Below the pieces are notes generated by a model, which was not told the DNA's origin, ran no database searches, and worked only from the letters and a program-made list of their open reading frames with translations. Shown here one piece after another: positions 30,103-40,774 of a stretch of 64,000 nt of DNA (positions are counted from its first letter, which is position 1; each line of letters opens with the position of its first letter). This DNA comes from a virus. The DNA is taken from the IMG/VR virus record IMGVR_UViG_3300030104_004642, positions 51,003 through 115,002 of that record; one strand, 5' to 3'. A program made the translations under genes and the position numbers.

Positions 30103-30966
30103 TCAACCTATCAGATCCAGTGGTGGGAGTTCATATCTACTCAACATCTCAACCTTGATTTCATCAAGTTCCCTTTGAGCATCATCATAAAGTTGTCTGC
30201 CATTAAACTCAACACCACCAGGCAATTTCACACCTGTAAATTTGATCAAGTTTTGACCCCACTGCCTCTTGATTAGTGAAGTGAGATATCTCTTGAGAAA
30301 TACATCATTATAAACCTTCGTATAATCATTTGGATTGAGTGCCCTGTAAGCCTCAATGATAATAAACTCATCCTCCTTTATGTTATCCCAATCTACATCA
30401 AGATACAATCTATCCTGTCTGATGTTATATCTAATTCTTTTATGAGTATTCAGCAGGAAGTCCATTGTCTCAAGATAACTCATGGACATGGAGTATGAGA
30501 GCAAATCAGTGCTTCCAAAGTAGTAAATATCATTCAAGAACAATTGGTACTTGAAACTAAACATATTAGAACTACTTGCTGCCTGAGCATCATCATATTT
30601 AAATATTCTCTCAATGCCTATGACTTGAGGTGGAACTTGAATGTAGTTACTATTTTCATAAAAAGCAAAATCTGTAGAATCCCCTCCTATTGTGGTGCTT
30701 ACTGTAGTTGAAGTAATACCAGTTTGAGTGGTGGCACTTGATGCTCCTGGTGGTCTTGCTTTTCCCCTTTCTACATCAGCAGCAGTAATTTGATATTTAA
30801 GAAATGTCTTTTCTACACCATCATAATGTCTCTCATTATAAAACTGAATGGCATCATCCATCAAGTCTTGAACTTGTTCTTCTGCGACATTAATTTCTAA
30901 GACAGGGGCACCCAACTGTCTTAAACAATAATCTATCAATTCTTGTCTTGAGGAAGGTTGTGCCAT
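30103..30966 (-). CDS. gp13: Neck protein gp13
   Basis: YCLRQLGAPVLEINV and KRQWGQNLIKFTGVKLPGGV motifs. Confidence 0.96.
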   Translation of the reverse strand: MAQPSSRQELIDYCLRQLGAPVLEINVAEEQVQDLMDDAIQFYNERHYDGVEKTFLKYQITAADVERGKARPPGASSATTQTGITSTTVSTTIGGDSTDFAFYENSNYIQVPPQVIGIERIFKYDDAQAASSSNMFSFKYQLFLNDIYYFGSTDLLSYSMSMSYLETMDFLLNTHKRIRYNIRQDRLYLDVDWDNIKEDEFIIIEAYRALNPNDYTKVYNDVFLKRYLTSLIKRQWGQNLIKFTGVKLPGGVEFNGRQLYDDAQRELDEIKVEMLSRYELPPLDLIG

Positions 30967-30994
30967 TATACACTATATCCTTTTCTATATTTAG

Positions 30995-31378
30995 TTAGAT
31001 GGAGAGACCTCCTTCCACCACTACATTTCCAGATGCCAATTTGAAAACAGTTCCTGCTGAACCTACAGCATTGATGTCAAAATAATATCTACCTGGATTT
31101 AAAGAAGAAGTAATAGTATCAGTAAGGGAGATATTAAATTCACCATTAGCAGCAGATGTGATACCACTTGTGAATTCTGTGATTCCTCCACTTGATGCCC
31201 CTATTGCTACTGATTTTTTGATACCTGCCTTAATTGTGAAAACAGACAGGTCAAAAACTGCTTTACTTTCTTGCTTTACTGCAAATGTTGTCTTAAAATC
31301 AGCACCCTGTAAAATGGTAAGATTCACGCCATAAGCAGTTTGTGAATCAGGGTTAAAAGTGATTGTGTTGTTAGCCAT
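30995..31378 (-). CDS. Hypothetical virion protein
   Basis: 127 aa, NLTILQGADF...LNPGRYYFDI. Confidence 0.75.
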   Translation of the reverse strand: MANNTITFNPDSQTAYGVNLTILQGADFKTTFAVKQESKAVFDLSVFTIKAGIKKSVAIGASSGGITEFTSGITSAANGEFNISLTDTITSSLNPGRYYFDINAVGSAGTVFKLASGNVVVEGGLSI

Positions 31379-31592
31379 TGATTACTGCTTTTAACATTGA
31401 TTTGATTTCATCTAAATCACCCTTTAAATCATCTACTTTTTTTTCAAGGGAGTCAACTCTTTCCTTATCAGATAATTGTTTCTCCCTATTTTTTATGTAT
31501 GCTTCAAACTCATTTTTATCTGTGTTGATAATAGCATTATTGCTTTTATCCCTTGATAAATTTTTGTTTCCATTAACAGGTACAAATGTCAT
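31371..31592 (-). CDS. Hypothetical coiled-coil protein
   Basis: 73 aa, LSRDKSNNAIIN followed by a C-terminal heptad pattern. Confidence 0.75.
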   Translation of the reverse strand: MTFVPVNGNKNLSRDKSNNAIINTDKNEFEAYIKNREKQLSDKERVDSLEKKVDDLKGDLDEIKSMLKAVING

Positions 31593-34500
31593 GCCAGTGC
31601 TATTGCTCTTAGGTTTCTAAATTGAGGAACAATTGCCTGGTTGGTTGAAGTACCAATCAATTTAAGTCTGAAAGACTTAAATGGTGGCAGACTGTCCATG
31701 GTAAATTTATATTCAGTGAAATCATTAATAGCAGGTGTTTGAGTCAGATTGTCATTCTTCTCCTTAGGAAGATCTGGTGTTCCATTAGAGGCAGCAGGAT
31801 TAATAACCCTGCCAAACTGATCAATATTATTAATACCAGGGAATGGAATAAATTTAGTTTCAGCAGCACTTACATCCTGATCAAGGGCATAGAACATTCT
31901 GACATCACTTGATGTTGAAATATAACCATCAATGAACACTTTCAATGATGTTGCTGGATTTTCAAGTGTAATGTTCTTGGTAACATAGATCATGCTGTTT
32001 GGATCATTTGGAATTCCAACAACCCTTGGATCAGTAGCAAAGTTAGTGATAGGTCCATCAACCCTGTTAGACACAAAGATAACAGAGGAGTGGTTCAAAT
32101 CAATCATTGGAGAAATTCTCTTATCATATGTAAGCATATCAAGGTTAAGAGTAAATGACTTACCACCTGGAAGTGTTGTAAGATAGTTTTGTTGATTTAC
32201 CTCAGAGGCAACCATCCTTTGTGTGGTAAAGTAGTTCTTCTTATTGAACTGAACATCCTCAAATCCCTGATCAACATAGGATACCTCTCTACCACTTACA
32301 GAAGTTTCAGAAACTGTTCTTGCAGAGGCAAGGACAAATGATCCCTCTGGTGATGTTGATGTGACACTGGGAACAATCAGTGAGTAGGGGATATTATATG
32401 TTCCCTTAGCACCTCTTGCTGAGGCACCATCAAGGACAAAGTTCTCAACAGGAATAAATGTGCCACCAATACTTGTTCTATTGGTCCCATTGCCATTATC
32501 AGACATATCAAGCTTGATATGATAGTGATCAATGCCAATTGGATCAGCTTTGGTAACCAAAGAAAGATCATGAACTGTATTGATTCTTCTCAGAGAGACA
32601 TTAGAAAATTCATACTTTCTAACAACCTCATTAGTTCCATAAGTGGCAGCATTTCCTTCTACTGCCCTGGCAATTCCTGTAAGTGAACCAGATGTACCAG
32701 ATCCAGGTGTAACTCCATCATAAGAAATAATCTCAGTACCAATTTGAACATATCCAGGGTTAGTATTTGAAACACCCACATTTTCAAATGTATCAAATCC
32801 AGCAGTGTTAGCAATAGAAATTGCTCCTGTGCTTGATTTTGGATAATCAGTAAGGAGGAGGGTTGGTTCCTCAACTGATTTTAGACCAGACAGTTTTACT
32901 CTATTAGTATTAGAGTACATTCCATGATTTCTTTGATAGATCTTGAGGTGTAGACCATCCTCAAGAATAGTGGTATCAGTAGGAATAACAGCACCCCCAA
33001 CACCAGCATTAAGAGCTACCCTTGTGCCACCAGTTGAATCATATTCCAGGAAATCATTAGCATTAGTGCTAAACTCACCTTGAACATTACTAACAATCAA
33101 TCTATTATTTGCTGTGATGATGCCAACTGTCAACTTCATTCCATCACCAAGTTCCTCTGTTCCAAATGCAAGAGGAGCAAAGACATCACCTAAAACAACA
33201 TTGGTTCCACCAGCATTAATGGTTGCTCCAATGGCAATACCATCCTTAATATGAAGATCAGCAGTTACATCTGACCCTCTTCCTGTCAGGGCAGTTAAAG
33301 CAACACCAGTAAATGTTAGTTCACCAGATTGTGGTGTAAATCCAATACCAGGATTAGTGATTGTAAGATCACCAGTTGCAATACCTGTAAACTGCTCAAG
33401 AATACCAGTAGCACCAGTGTTCTGTTGAGTGACCCTATTGCCAGGTACTAATGGGTAGGATACACTGATTTGATTTACAGTTGTACCAATACCAACACTT
33501 GCAGTTCTTGAAAGTGCCTGAACACCACCAGAACGAATTTGCTCATTCTTCTTATCAAGATTGGGGTTATAGAACTGAACATTACCAGATCCAACAAAGT
33601 CTGCTCTGTGAAGAACAAACTTCATATCTTCATACTGACTTGGAGTCCATACAGTTGCATTCTGTGACTTGAACAATGAACCCAAAAGTGGTTGCTCAGT
33701 AACCAGAACTCTACCTTGCTCAGTAGCAAGAGTTGTCACATCTGCTTCACCAAGTCTGGAGATCCAAAGGTTGTAAGTAGTGGTATCAGCCATAACAACC
33801 AAAGCATAATCACGACCAGAGGAAAGATAAACAGGTGACTCAAATCTGAATGTTGTAACAGCAGTTCCATCATCAGATACATTTACATCATCAGGATCCA
33901 AGGTTACTTCAGAGAAAGCCAAGATCTTTTGATTTGGTGTGCCAAGGGTGGTCTCCCTAATTTCAATTGAGACTGGAAGTTGAGTATCCTTAGTTTGGAA
34001 GAACAGATCAATCTTAGTAGCATAAATTCCTTTCTTAGAGTCAATCTTGAAAGTTTGTGCTAAGGGGTCACCTCTCCAAACTGGCGCTGGTGGTGGTGGA
34101 GGGGGAGGAGTTGGTCTAAGTGTTCTACTATTGATAATATCAAAGTTGACATCAGAATCTAATTCTTGCTGCTCAGCATCCACATCTGAAGTGGTTACCC
34201 TGGCATTTCTAAGTGAAAGGGTAACCTCTTCTGTTGTATCAATATCACCCTGTGAGAAGAAGATTTCTTGAGCAGAGGTTGTAGTTGTGCCTTGAATCAG
34301 GTTATTAACACTACTACTTGACAGTTTAAATACGTTTCTTCCAGTATTAAACTCAGCAAAATCTTCTTCCTCAGGACCAGGAACATTGAAGGAACCAATT
34401 AGAGTACCAACCCTATCAGTTTGTAAATTGATGCCCTGAACACTTGCCTCAGCACCACTTGATTGACCCCTGAGGATCATACCAGTCTCAATATTTCCAG

Positions 34501-37500
34501 AGAACTCAGGATTTTCCTCTGAGGCAAGACTTGCAGTATCAATATTCAATATAGAGGATTCAGTTCCGTATGTAGAAGCAACATTTGTGCCTCTAAGATA
34601 TGGATTGCTATCATAGAAGTCAGTGGGATTGTTATAAGCACCATACTTATGATTTGCCTGAGCAACTCTTGCTGTAAATGTTACATCTGACTGACCAACT
34701 GGTGTCCCTTGGATAGTTTCACCAACAATGAAAGTGCCACTGTTCATTGTGATTTGAGTTAGTTTGGGAGTACATCTCAAAGTAACAGGACTGTTATCAA
34801 AGAAAGCAAATACTGTTGTATTTGGTTTCATTCTTGTGGCAGTAAATTCAATATTTCTCTCCCTCATCTTATTAGCAATTGCTCTGCTAATAACCCTGGA
34901 TCCAAGAGAAGCAGCCTCAGTTAATACCTCATTAATGGTTTGTTGAGTACCAGTTCTATTCTGCTCAATAGTAACTGAACCTTCAATGGTTGTTGAATTG
35001 ATAGTTGATAGTTGAGCATTTCTTCCACTAAGACCTAAATCAGCAGTGGATCTACCAGTTCTAGCTGCTGCAGCAGCAAATGTTTCATTCTGAGTGGATC
35101 CAGTTAGATCAAAATTGATTCCAGTAGTTTCCCAGGAGTCCCAAAGAACAGGTGATACACCAGTTCTAAGTCCATCATCACCATCTTGGGTTTCTATATT
35201 CAGAGCCTGAGCAATACTTTCAAAATTACCCTCAATTACAACATCACCAACTCCTTCATTAACCTCTGGTTCTTTGGTGCTTACCCAAACATCAGTGGTT
35301 GGATTAAGTTTTACAGAACCCTCATAGAAATCAATCAGGAAGGGAGTTACATTCTCAACTCTTGTTCCATAAGGTTGAGTAATTTCAGCAACCTCAGAGT
35401 AGTTTAGACTGATAACATCACCAGTTCTCCTTACACCCTGTCCTGAAAGGGCAGCAAACCTGGAGTCAGTGTTAGCATCTGTTTCAGTCCCTATACCAGC
35501 AATGGTGCTATTACCAACTTGAAGATTAACTGCTGTTGAGTAGTGAGCAGGTCTAAGAACCTTGTTCTTTGGATCAATACTATTTCTAATACCAATAGAA
35601 ACATCCTGAGGTGTGAATGATGAGAAGTTGTCAATGAAAATGCCAGACTTAAATCTATTAAGACCATTGACATCAGAGACAAAAGTATTGAGAGTATTCT
35701 GCTCAAGCATATTCAATGATGTATAATATTCAAGGTTCTTGATTCTGGTATCAAGTTTTGCGATATCAGTCATCTGATATCTCTTATGCTGAATAAACTT
35801 AACCTTTGAATCTTTTACAGAGAACAGATATGGTGGACTGTAAATATTTGCAATGTTCAAAGAACCTGGAAGAACATCAGGCAGTTCTGGAATATCTGCT
35901 GGAGCACCAAGGGTAACTTGAATATCACCATCCCTGGTCAAATAAACCCTGTCTGCTCTTCCTAAGTAATAATCATACTTGAGGATAGTATTCTGATCAC
36001 TTGAAATGATGTGCTTAGAACTATGATTTCCATTATTAAAAGTTCTACCATCAAATTCAAATGGAGATGCAGCACCAGCAGTCACTGAATAATCACTTAC
36101 CCTTGGTCTAACATCAATGAGGTCAGAATTTCTAAATCCATTAACAGATTGAACATCATTACCATAATCACAATTAATGTAAGAAGCTGCTGTTGTAAAA
36201 TCTCCAGTATCATTTGGATCATAATCCAGATTTCCATAGTAAACAAGAAGTTTCTTAGATGGTGTTGCTACACCACTATGTCTAACAATTCTTGACAGAT
36301 CATATATTGTCTTTCTTTGACCATTATCAAAACTATAATTCTTTGTGATATTAGGAGAACCAACTGTTAGATCAGATACATTTGCTTGTACTCCTGATTT
36401 GGCAAAGATAATGATTTCATTGTCCCTGAAAACTTTATTGTTCAGGTAAGCAAATTTAATTTGAGTTGTGCCTGGTTTTTCAAGAATGATTGCCTTTGCC
36501 TGTGACAGATTACCAGTAATTGTATCACCAATCACAACATCAGTTGTGTTAGCATTTGGACCTGTCATATTAGAACAGGTCATCATTGGAGGTAGTGGTT
36601 GATTTACATCAACTGATTCAAATACTGCATGAACCCTGTAAACATCAGGAACATTCAGTGAGATAATTTCATCCTGCACCCTTGTTCCAAATGGGAATGA
36701 TCCATATGTAAGACCATCATTCAATGTTGTACCTGCTAAACCAACAGCATCAGTACCTGATGCTGGATCATTTGATTTGTCAACAATTATAGCCTTAACA
36801 ATATTCTTTCTCTTAATTTTAGAGGTAATTTTGTTCTGAATAACCTCACCAATCAGAATTGCTTTACCATCATTACTGTGACTCAATCCTTGAATATTGA
36901 GAGTTGTTCTATCAGAGTTAAATGTGAACTTGTCAGCAGTAAGATTTTGTGTTACACCATCATCACTCTGAAGTGAATATCTTTCTGGGTCAAATGATGC
37001 CCAGGTCTGAGTCAATACATCATCAACAGGAATAGTTCCAATATCACCATTAGTGCTGATTGTTACTTCTCTTGTAATTCTAAAACTGGATACTGAATTG
37101 AGTGTATCTACACTTCTTACATTATTATGTGGAAGGACACTAAACAGGGTATCATTTCCAGCAATGTTGCCACTGTTTGAGGTTGTTTGAAGTTTTGTAG
37201 TTACAATCCTCAGATCATTTACATCAAAGTTTGCTGTTGGGAGTTCACCATCAACCACACCAGTGATGGTTGTAACACCAGAGATAGCAAAACTAGTTGC
37301 TCCAACAGAGACAATCCTTGCCATTGATGGATCAAGTTTACCAGGTCTCTCAAAAGTGATGAGATTACCAGCTGTGACAACACCTACAAATGAATTTCCT
37401 GATAGTGCTGCTGAGGTAACTGTTGAAACACCAGCACTGTCAGCAGAGATTTTTGCATTATCAAGAGTGAAAGATTTCTGTTGTTTTATGTCAGCAGAAA

Positions 37501-39178
37501 ATGTTTTTGAGATGCCAACATTACCAAATACTGATTTTACATCACCAAGAGAATATTTTTTATGATCAACAAGTGTTCTACTAATTGTAGGATAACCATT
37601 AAATATGAGTTGCTCACCTCTTCTAAATTCACCCTGCACACTCATAAGGGTGTGACCTGCACCAGTAGTGGCAAACTTAGTAAAACCAGTTGCACCACTT
37701 TCCTGACCCTCAACTAATGTTGACTTAACAAGTGTAGCATCAATGTTTAGGGTTATTTCTTCTTTTAGTTCAATATCAAATAAGGAAAGATCCCAGGTGT
37801 TTAACGCTGAATTAGCAACATCATAGGCACCCTGTTCCAGGGCAAAATCATAAATCCTTGCTTGACCAATTTCTGCTCCATCAGCAGTGAATTTATTTTC
37901 TCCAACCCTTTGATCCCTTAGAGAAAGGGTATTAGTAGTGTTAAATCCAATAGGAGCACTACCAGTTACATTATTGACTGCTAATGTGGGTGCAAAATCA
38001 AAACTTACACCAGTATTACCAACTGATCTTGTTGTTCTTGGTTTTGGAACATCAATAAATTGGGGTGATTTAATTTCAGCTTCATAACCCCTTACATATG
38101 CTCTACCAGGAGATACTTGAACAATCATCAAGTCATCTGAGGGAACATTACCACTTTGAGTTGTCTGACCAGTTGTATAAACACCCCTATTACCCTCCAG
38201 ATTGTTTAAACTCTCTTTGAGTTTAGTCTGCATCTCAGTAATATAGTAGTGACCAGATTCTTCAAATGTTCTTTTTGCTAATTCATTACCAAGTACATTA
38301 TACTTGGTCTGATTATTGATAGCATTCTTCAGTTTACCATTGAAGACCTCAGCAATTTGCACAAATCCCTGAGTGTCAAAGTCACCAACTGGTTTCTTTG
38401 CTAATGTGGCAGTAATTTTAAGCCTATCAGCACCTGGTGCTGTAAAATTATTAAAACCACTGGCATTATCATACAGTGACCTATCATCATCTGCTGTAAC
38501 AATCTTTTCTTCAATTTGGAAACCTATTCTATAACTAGAATTGGTCAGATATTGATCAAGAATCAGAATTTGACTATCAACAGTGACAAAATTTCCTCTC
38601 AGGTAGAAAATACCTGGACTTTGGATAAATGCAGTTCCAGTAGAGGCAGAACCAGAAGTAACTGTATTGGCAAAACCCTCACCAGCAGCAATAAATGAAC
38701 TTCCAAATGCTAATGCACTTTCTGATGTAAGAATCTCATCATCAAAGAAAGTTTCACTTGAATTTCCATCACTACTTGAATCTTCATAGTTCAGATAAAG
38801 GGTATAGTTACCCAATTCAGACTCTTGATTAGTAATAAATGTTACTACTCTTGCTGAAACACCAGATGTTCTTCCTGTGATCTTTTTTCCAATAAGATCA
38901 CTGAGATAAAGATTTACAGGAACACCCAAGAACTCAGGTTGAATCTGAATGCTTTGGAATTTTGATTTGTATGATGAATTTCCAGGAATGACAACACTAC
39001 CCTCTTTAAAAAGGTTATCACCCATTGCTTCAATCTGCCCTTGTAGGATAGATTGTATATTGTTTAACTCTCTTGCCTGAATTGGGTAGGCAGGTTTGAA
39101 CAGTACCTTATTAAAATTTTTAGTTGCGTCAAAATCATCAAAATAAGGAGCAACATTGAGATTAGTTTCCTGTGGCAT
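31589..39178 (-). CDS. Large baseplate/tail structural protein (VrlC-like)
   Basis: 2529 aa; MPQETNLNVAPYFDDF, QARELNNIQS, APGADRLKI, RYQMTDI and DPLAQTF motifs; follows gp8. Confidence 0.85.
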   Translation of the reverse strand: MPQETNLNVAPYFDDFDATKNFNKVLFKPAYPIQARELNNIQSILQGQIEAMGDNLFKEGSVVIPGNSSYKSKFQSIQIQPEFLGVPVNLYLSDLIGKKITGRTSGVSARVVTFITNQESELGNYTLYLNYEDSSSDGNSSETFFDDEILTSESALAFGSSFIAAGEGFANTVTSGSASTGTAFIQSPGIFYLRGNFVTVDSQILILDQYLTNSSYRIGFQIEEKIVTADDDRSLYDNASGFNNFTAPGADRLKITATLAKKPVGDFDTQGFVQIAEVFNGKLKNAINNQTKYNVLGNELAKRTFEESGHYYITEMQTKLKESLNNLEGNRGVYTTGQTTQSGNVPSDDLMIVQVSPGRAYVRGYEAEIKSPQFIDVPKPRTTRSVGNTGVSFDFAPTLAVNNVTGSAPIGFNTTNTLSLRDQRVGENKFTADGAEIGQARIYDFALEQGAYDVANSALNTWDLSLFDIELKEEITLNIDATLVKSTLVEGQESGATGFTKFATTGAGHTLMSVQGEFRRGEQLIFNGYPTISRTLVDHKKYSLGDVKSVFGNVGISKTFSADIKQQKSFTLDNAKISADSAGVSTVTSAALSGNSFVGVVTAGNLITFERPGKLDPSMARIVSVGATSFAISGVTTITGVVDGELPTANFDVNDLRIVTTKLQTTSNSGNIAGNDTLFSVLPHNNVRSVDTLNSVSSFRITREVTISTNGDIGTIPVDDVLTQTWASFDPERYSLQSDDGVTQNLTADKFTFNSDRTTLNIQGLSHSNDGKAILIGEVIQNKITSKIKRKNIVKAIIVDKSNDPASGTDAVGLAGTTLNDGLTYGSFPFGTRVQDEIISLNVPDVYRVHAVFESVDVNQPLPPMMTCSNMTGPNANTTDVVIGDTITGNLSQAKAIILEKPGTTQIKFAYLNNKVFRDNEIIIFAKSGVQANVSDLTVGSPNITKNYSFDNGQRKTIYDLSRIVRHSGVATPSKKLLVYYGNLDYDPNDTGDFTTAASYINCDYGNDVQSVNGFRNSDLIDVRPRVSDYSVTAGAASPFEFDGRTFNNGNHSSKHIISSDQNTILKYDYYLGRADRVYLTRDGDIQVTLGAPADIPELPDVLPGSLNIANIYSPPYLFSVKDSKVKFIQHKRYQMTDIAKLDTRIKNLEYYTSLNMLEQNTLNTFVSDVNGLNRFKSGIFIDNFSSFTPQDVSIGIRNSIDPKNKVLRPAHYSTAVNLQVGNSTIAGIGTETDANTDSRFAALSGQGVRRTGDVISLNYSEVAEITQPYGTRVENVTPFLIDFYEGSVKLNPTTDVWVSTKEPEVNEGVGDVVIEGNFESIAQALNIETQDGDDGLRTGVSPVLWDSWETTGINFDLTGSTQNETFAAAAARTGRSTADLGLSGRNAQLSTINSTTIEGSVTIEQNRTGTQQTINEVLTEAASLGSRVISRAIANKMRERNIEFTATRMKPNTTVFAFFDNSPVTLRCTPKLTQITMNSGTFIVGETIQGTPVGQSDVTFTARVAQANHKYGAYNNPTDFYDSNPYLRGTNVASTYGTESSILNIDTASLASEENPEFSGNIETGMILRGQSSGAEASVQGINLQTDRVGTLIGSFNVPGPEEEDFAEFNTGRNVFKLSSSSVNNLIQGTTTTSAQEIFFSQGDIDTTEEVTLSLRNARVTTSDVDAEQQELDSDVNFDIINSRTLRPTPPPPPPPAPVWRGDPLAQTFKIDSKKGIYATKIDLFFQTKDTQLPVSIEIRETTLGTPNQKILAFSEVTLDPDDVNVSDDGTAVTTFRFESPVYLSSGRDYALVVMADTTTYNLWISRLGEADVTTLATEQGRVLVTEQPLLGSLFKSQNATVWTPSQYEDMKFVLHRADFVGSGNVQFYNPNLDKKNEQIRSGGVQALSRTASVGIGTTVNQISVSYPLVPGNRVTQQNTGATGILEQFTGIATGDLTITNPGIGFTPQSGELTFTGVALTALTGRGSDVTADLHIKDGIAIGATINAGGTNVVLGDVFAPLAFGTEELGDGMKLTVGIITANNRLIVSNVQGEFSTNANDFLEYDSTGGTRVALNAGVGGAVIPTDTTILEDGLHLKIYQRNHGMYSNTNRVKLSGLKSVEEPTLLLTDYPKSSTGAISIANTAGFDTFENVGVSNTNPGYVQIGTEIISYDGVTPGSGTSGSLTGIARAVEGNAATYGTNEVVRKYEFSNVSLRRINTVHDLSLVTKADPIGIDHYHIKLDMSDNGNGTNRTSIGGTFIPVENFVLDGASARGAKGTYNIPYSLIVPSVTSTSPEGSFVLASARTVSETSVSGREVSYVDQGFEDVQFNKKNYFTTQRMVASEVNQQNYLTTLPGGKSFTLNLDMLTYDKRISPMIDLNHSSVIFVSNRVDGPITNFATDPRVVGIPNDPNSMIYVTKNITLENPATSLKVFIDGYISTSSDVRMFYALDQDVSAAETKFIPFPGINNIDQFGRVINPAASNGTPDLPKEKNDNLTQTPAINDFTEYKFTMDSLPPFKSFRLKLIGTSTNQAIVPQFRNLRAIALA

Positions 39179-39184
39179 GATTTC

Positions 39185-40741
39185 TTAGAATTGCAAAATG
39201 ATTTTGACGTCTTCTTTCTGGGTTGTAGACCTTGTTACTGGTGGTCTATTGTCAACATATATGATATTGCCAGAATATTTTTTGGACTCAGGATTCGCAA
39301 CTCCCATTGTAAATTCCTGACCCAGATTATATGTCTTACTATTTATTACAGTGCTTATACCTGTAAATGAAGTGCTGATCTGTAAAGTGGCAGACCCACC
39401 AATAATGTCTACACCTCCTCCTGTGTTAGTCTTAGCATCTCCATCAAATAGTATGTTATTGAAACCATATTCTGGACTTACATTTTGTGTTCCATCAGAG
39501 TTAAAACCTACATTCGTCCTATCCTGCCAATATTTCAATACTCCTGTTGTCTGGTCATATGAAACAACTCTACCAACAGCAGTTGACCCAACTCCAATTG
39601 TTTGAGTGATTTCAGAGTCAGGACTATACACAACAGAACTATAACCTGTTCCTGTCAACCTAAGGGCATAAGTTGCTGCTGCCTTGTCTGATGATAAAAG
39701 ACTGGTTGAACCAAACTGTTGTGGATTCTCCACAAGTCCAACCCTGGCAAATTGATTACCAGTGATAAAATCTGGATTATCAATATCATTATCATATCTT
39801 GCATAAGTAAGAACATTAAATGCTCCTAACTCAGTGTAAATATCATGACCATGACCACCTGGTGGGGGAATAATCACATTAAAAACTGGTGCTGTTGTAC
39901 CAGTCAAACCTTTCTCTGAAAGATCAATTGTTCCAAAAGTATAACCTGAACCACCTTGAGTAACCACAACTGATTGAACCTTACTGTCAGCATTAATGAC
40001 AACAGTTGCTTTACCATCAGATCCATCACCTTTAATTGACACATTAGTGTAGGTATTGGCATTACCCAATCCAGCACCTCTGTTTCTGATTGTGATAACT
40101 TTGAGTTGTCCACTGGAAGCAGCATTAGCTTTTACAGTGCTTGTATCAGTTGTATTGCCCCAATCATTTGGGACTGGGATGTAATTAGTTGAATCAAATT
40201 TTATGGCATCACTTGGTTTGATAGTATAGAGATACTTCCAAATATATCCATCACCACTGGAACCTGCTGCTCTGGGTTCTAAATCAGTAAATGTTGGTTC
40301 ATCAAGTGAGGGACTTCCTTTAAAATTGTTTTCTGGAAGGGCATTATTATAAAGACAAATATAAACTCTAAAATCACTATTCATTACAAAGAAATTTGCT
40401 GAATAGATGTTAAATGAACCAGATGGTTGTGAGGGGTTTGCCCTTGTAATATCATTTCTCCACATATCATAGATGTTGCCAGAAGACCAAGTATTCTTGG
40501 TAACAACCTGTGCCACATCACCAGAATTTACCTTTTTCAAGGCAATCATTGTGTCCCAATAATCATTGGTTTGATCTAAACTATCTTTGGGGGATGGGGG
40601 AGAAGCCTCCCAAGTAGATGAATAATCAGTCGCATTGGGAAGACCAATGAATGTATAATAAGAATTTGAGGAGGATTGAACTCCTGCCACAAAGTTCTTA
40701 GCATTCAAAATACGAAGCTGATCAGTTATAATCGCAGCCAT
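39185..40741 (-). CDS. gp8: Baseplate wedge subunit gp8
   Basis: FRVYICLYN, DGYIWKYLYTI and SGNIIYVDNR...EDVKIILQF motifs. Confidence 0.93.
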   Translation of the reverse strand: MAAIITDQLRILNAKNFVAGVQSSSNSYYTFIGLPNATDYSSTWEASPPSPKDSLDQTNDYWDTMIALKKVNSGDVAQVVTKNTWSSGNIYDMWRNDITRANPSQPSGSFNIYSANFFVMNSDFRVYICLYNNALPENNFKGSPSLDEPTFTDLEPRAAGSSGDGYIWKYLYTIKPSDAIKFDSTNYIPVPNDWGNTTDTSTVKANAASSGQLKVITIRNRGAGLGNANTYTNVSIKGDGSDGKATVVINADSKVQSVVVTQGGSGYTFGTIDLSEKGLTGTTAPVFNVIIPPPGGHGHDIYTELGAFNVLTYARYDNDIDNPDFITGNQFARVGLVENPQQFGSTSLLSSDKAAATYALRLTGTGYSSVVYSPDSEITQTIGVGSTAVGRVVSYDQTTGVLKYWQDRTNVGFNSDGTQNVSPEYGFNNILFDGDAKTNTGGGVDIIGGSATLQISTSFTGISTVINSKTYNLGQEFTMGVANPESKKYSGNIIYVDNRPPVTRSTTQKEDVKIILQF

Positions 40742-40761
40742 TTTATTAGGACTTTTTTGTT

Positions 40762-40769
40762 TATTTATA
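40762..40769 (-). promoter_or_regulatory. T4-type late promoter (gp8)
   Basis: Exact TATAAATA on the minus strand. Confidence 0.8.
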
Positions 40770-40774
40770 GGGGA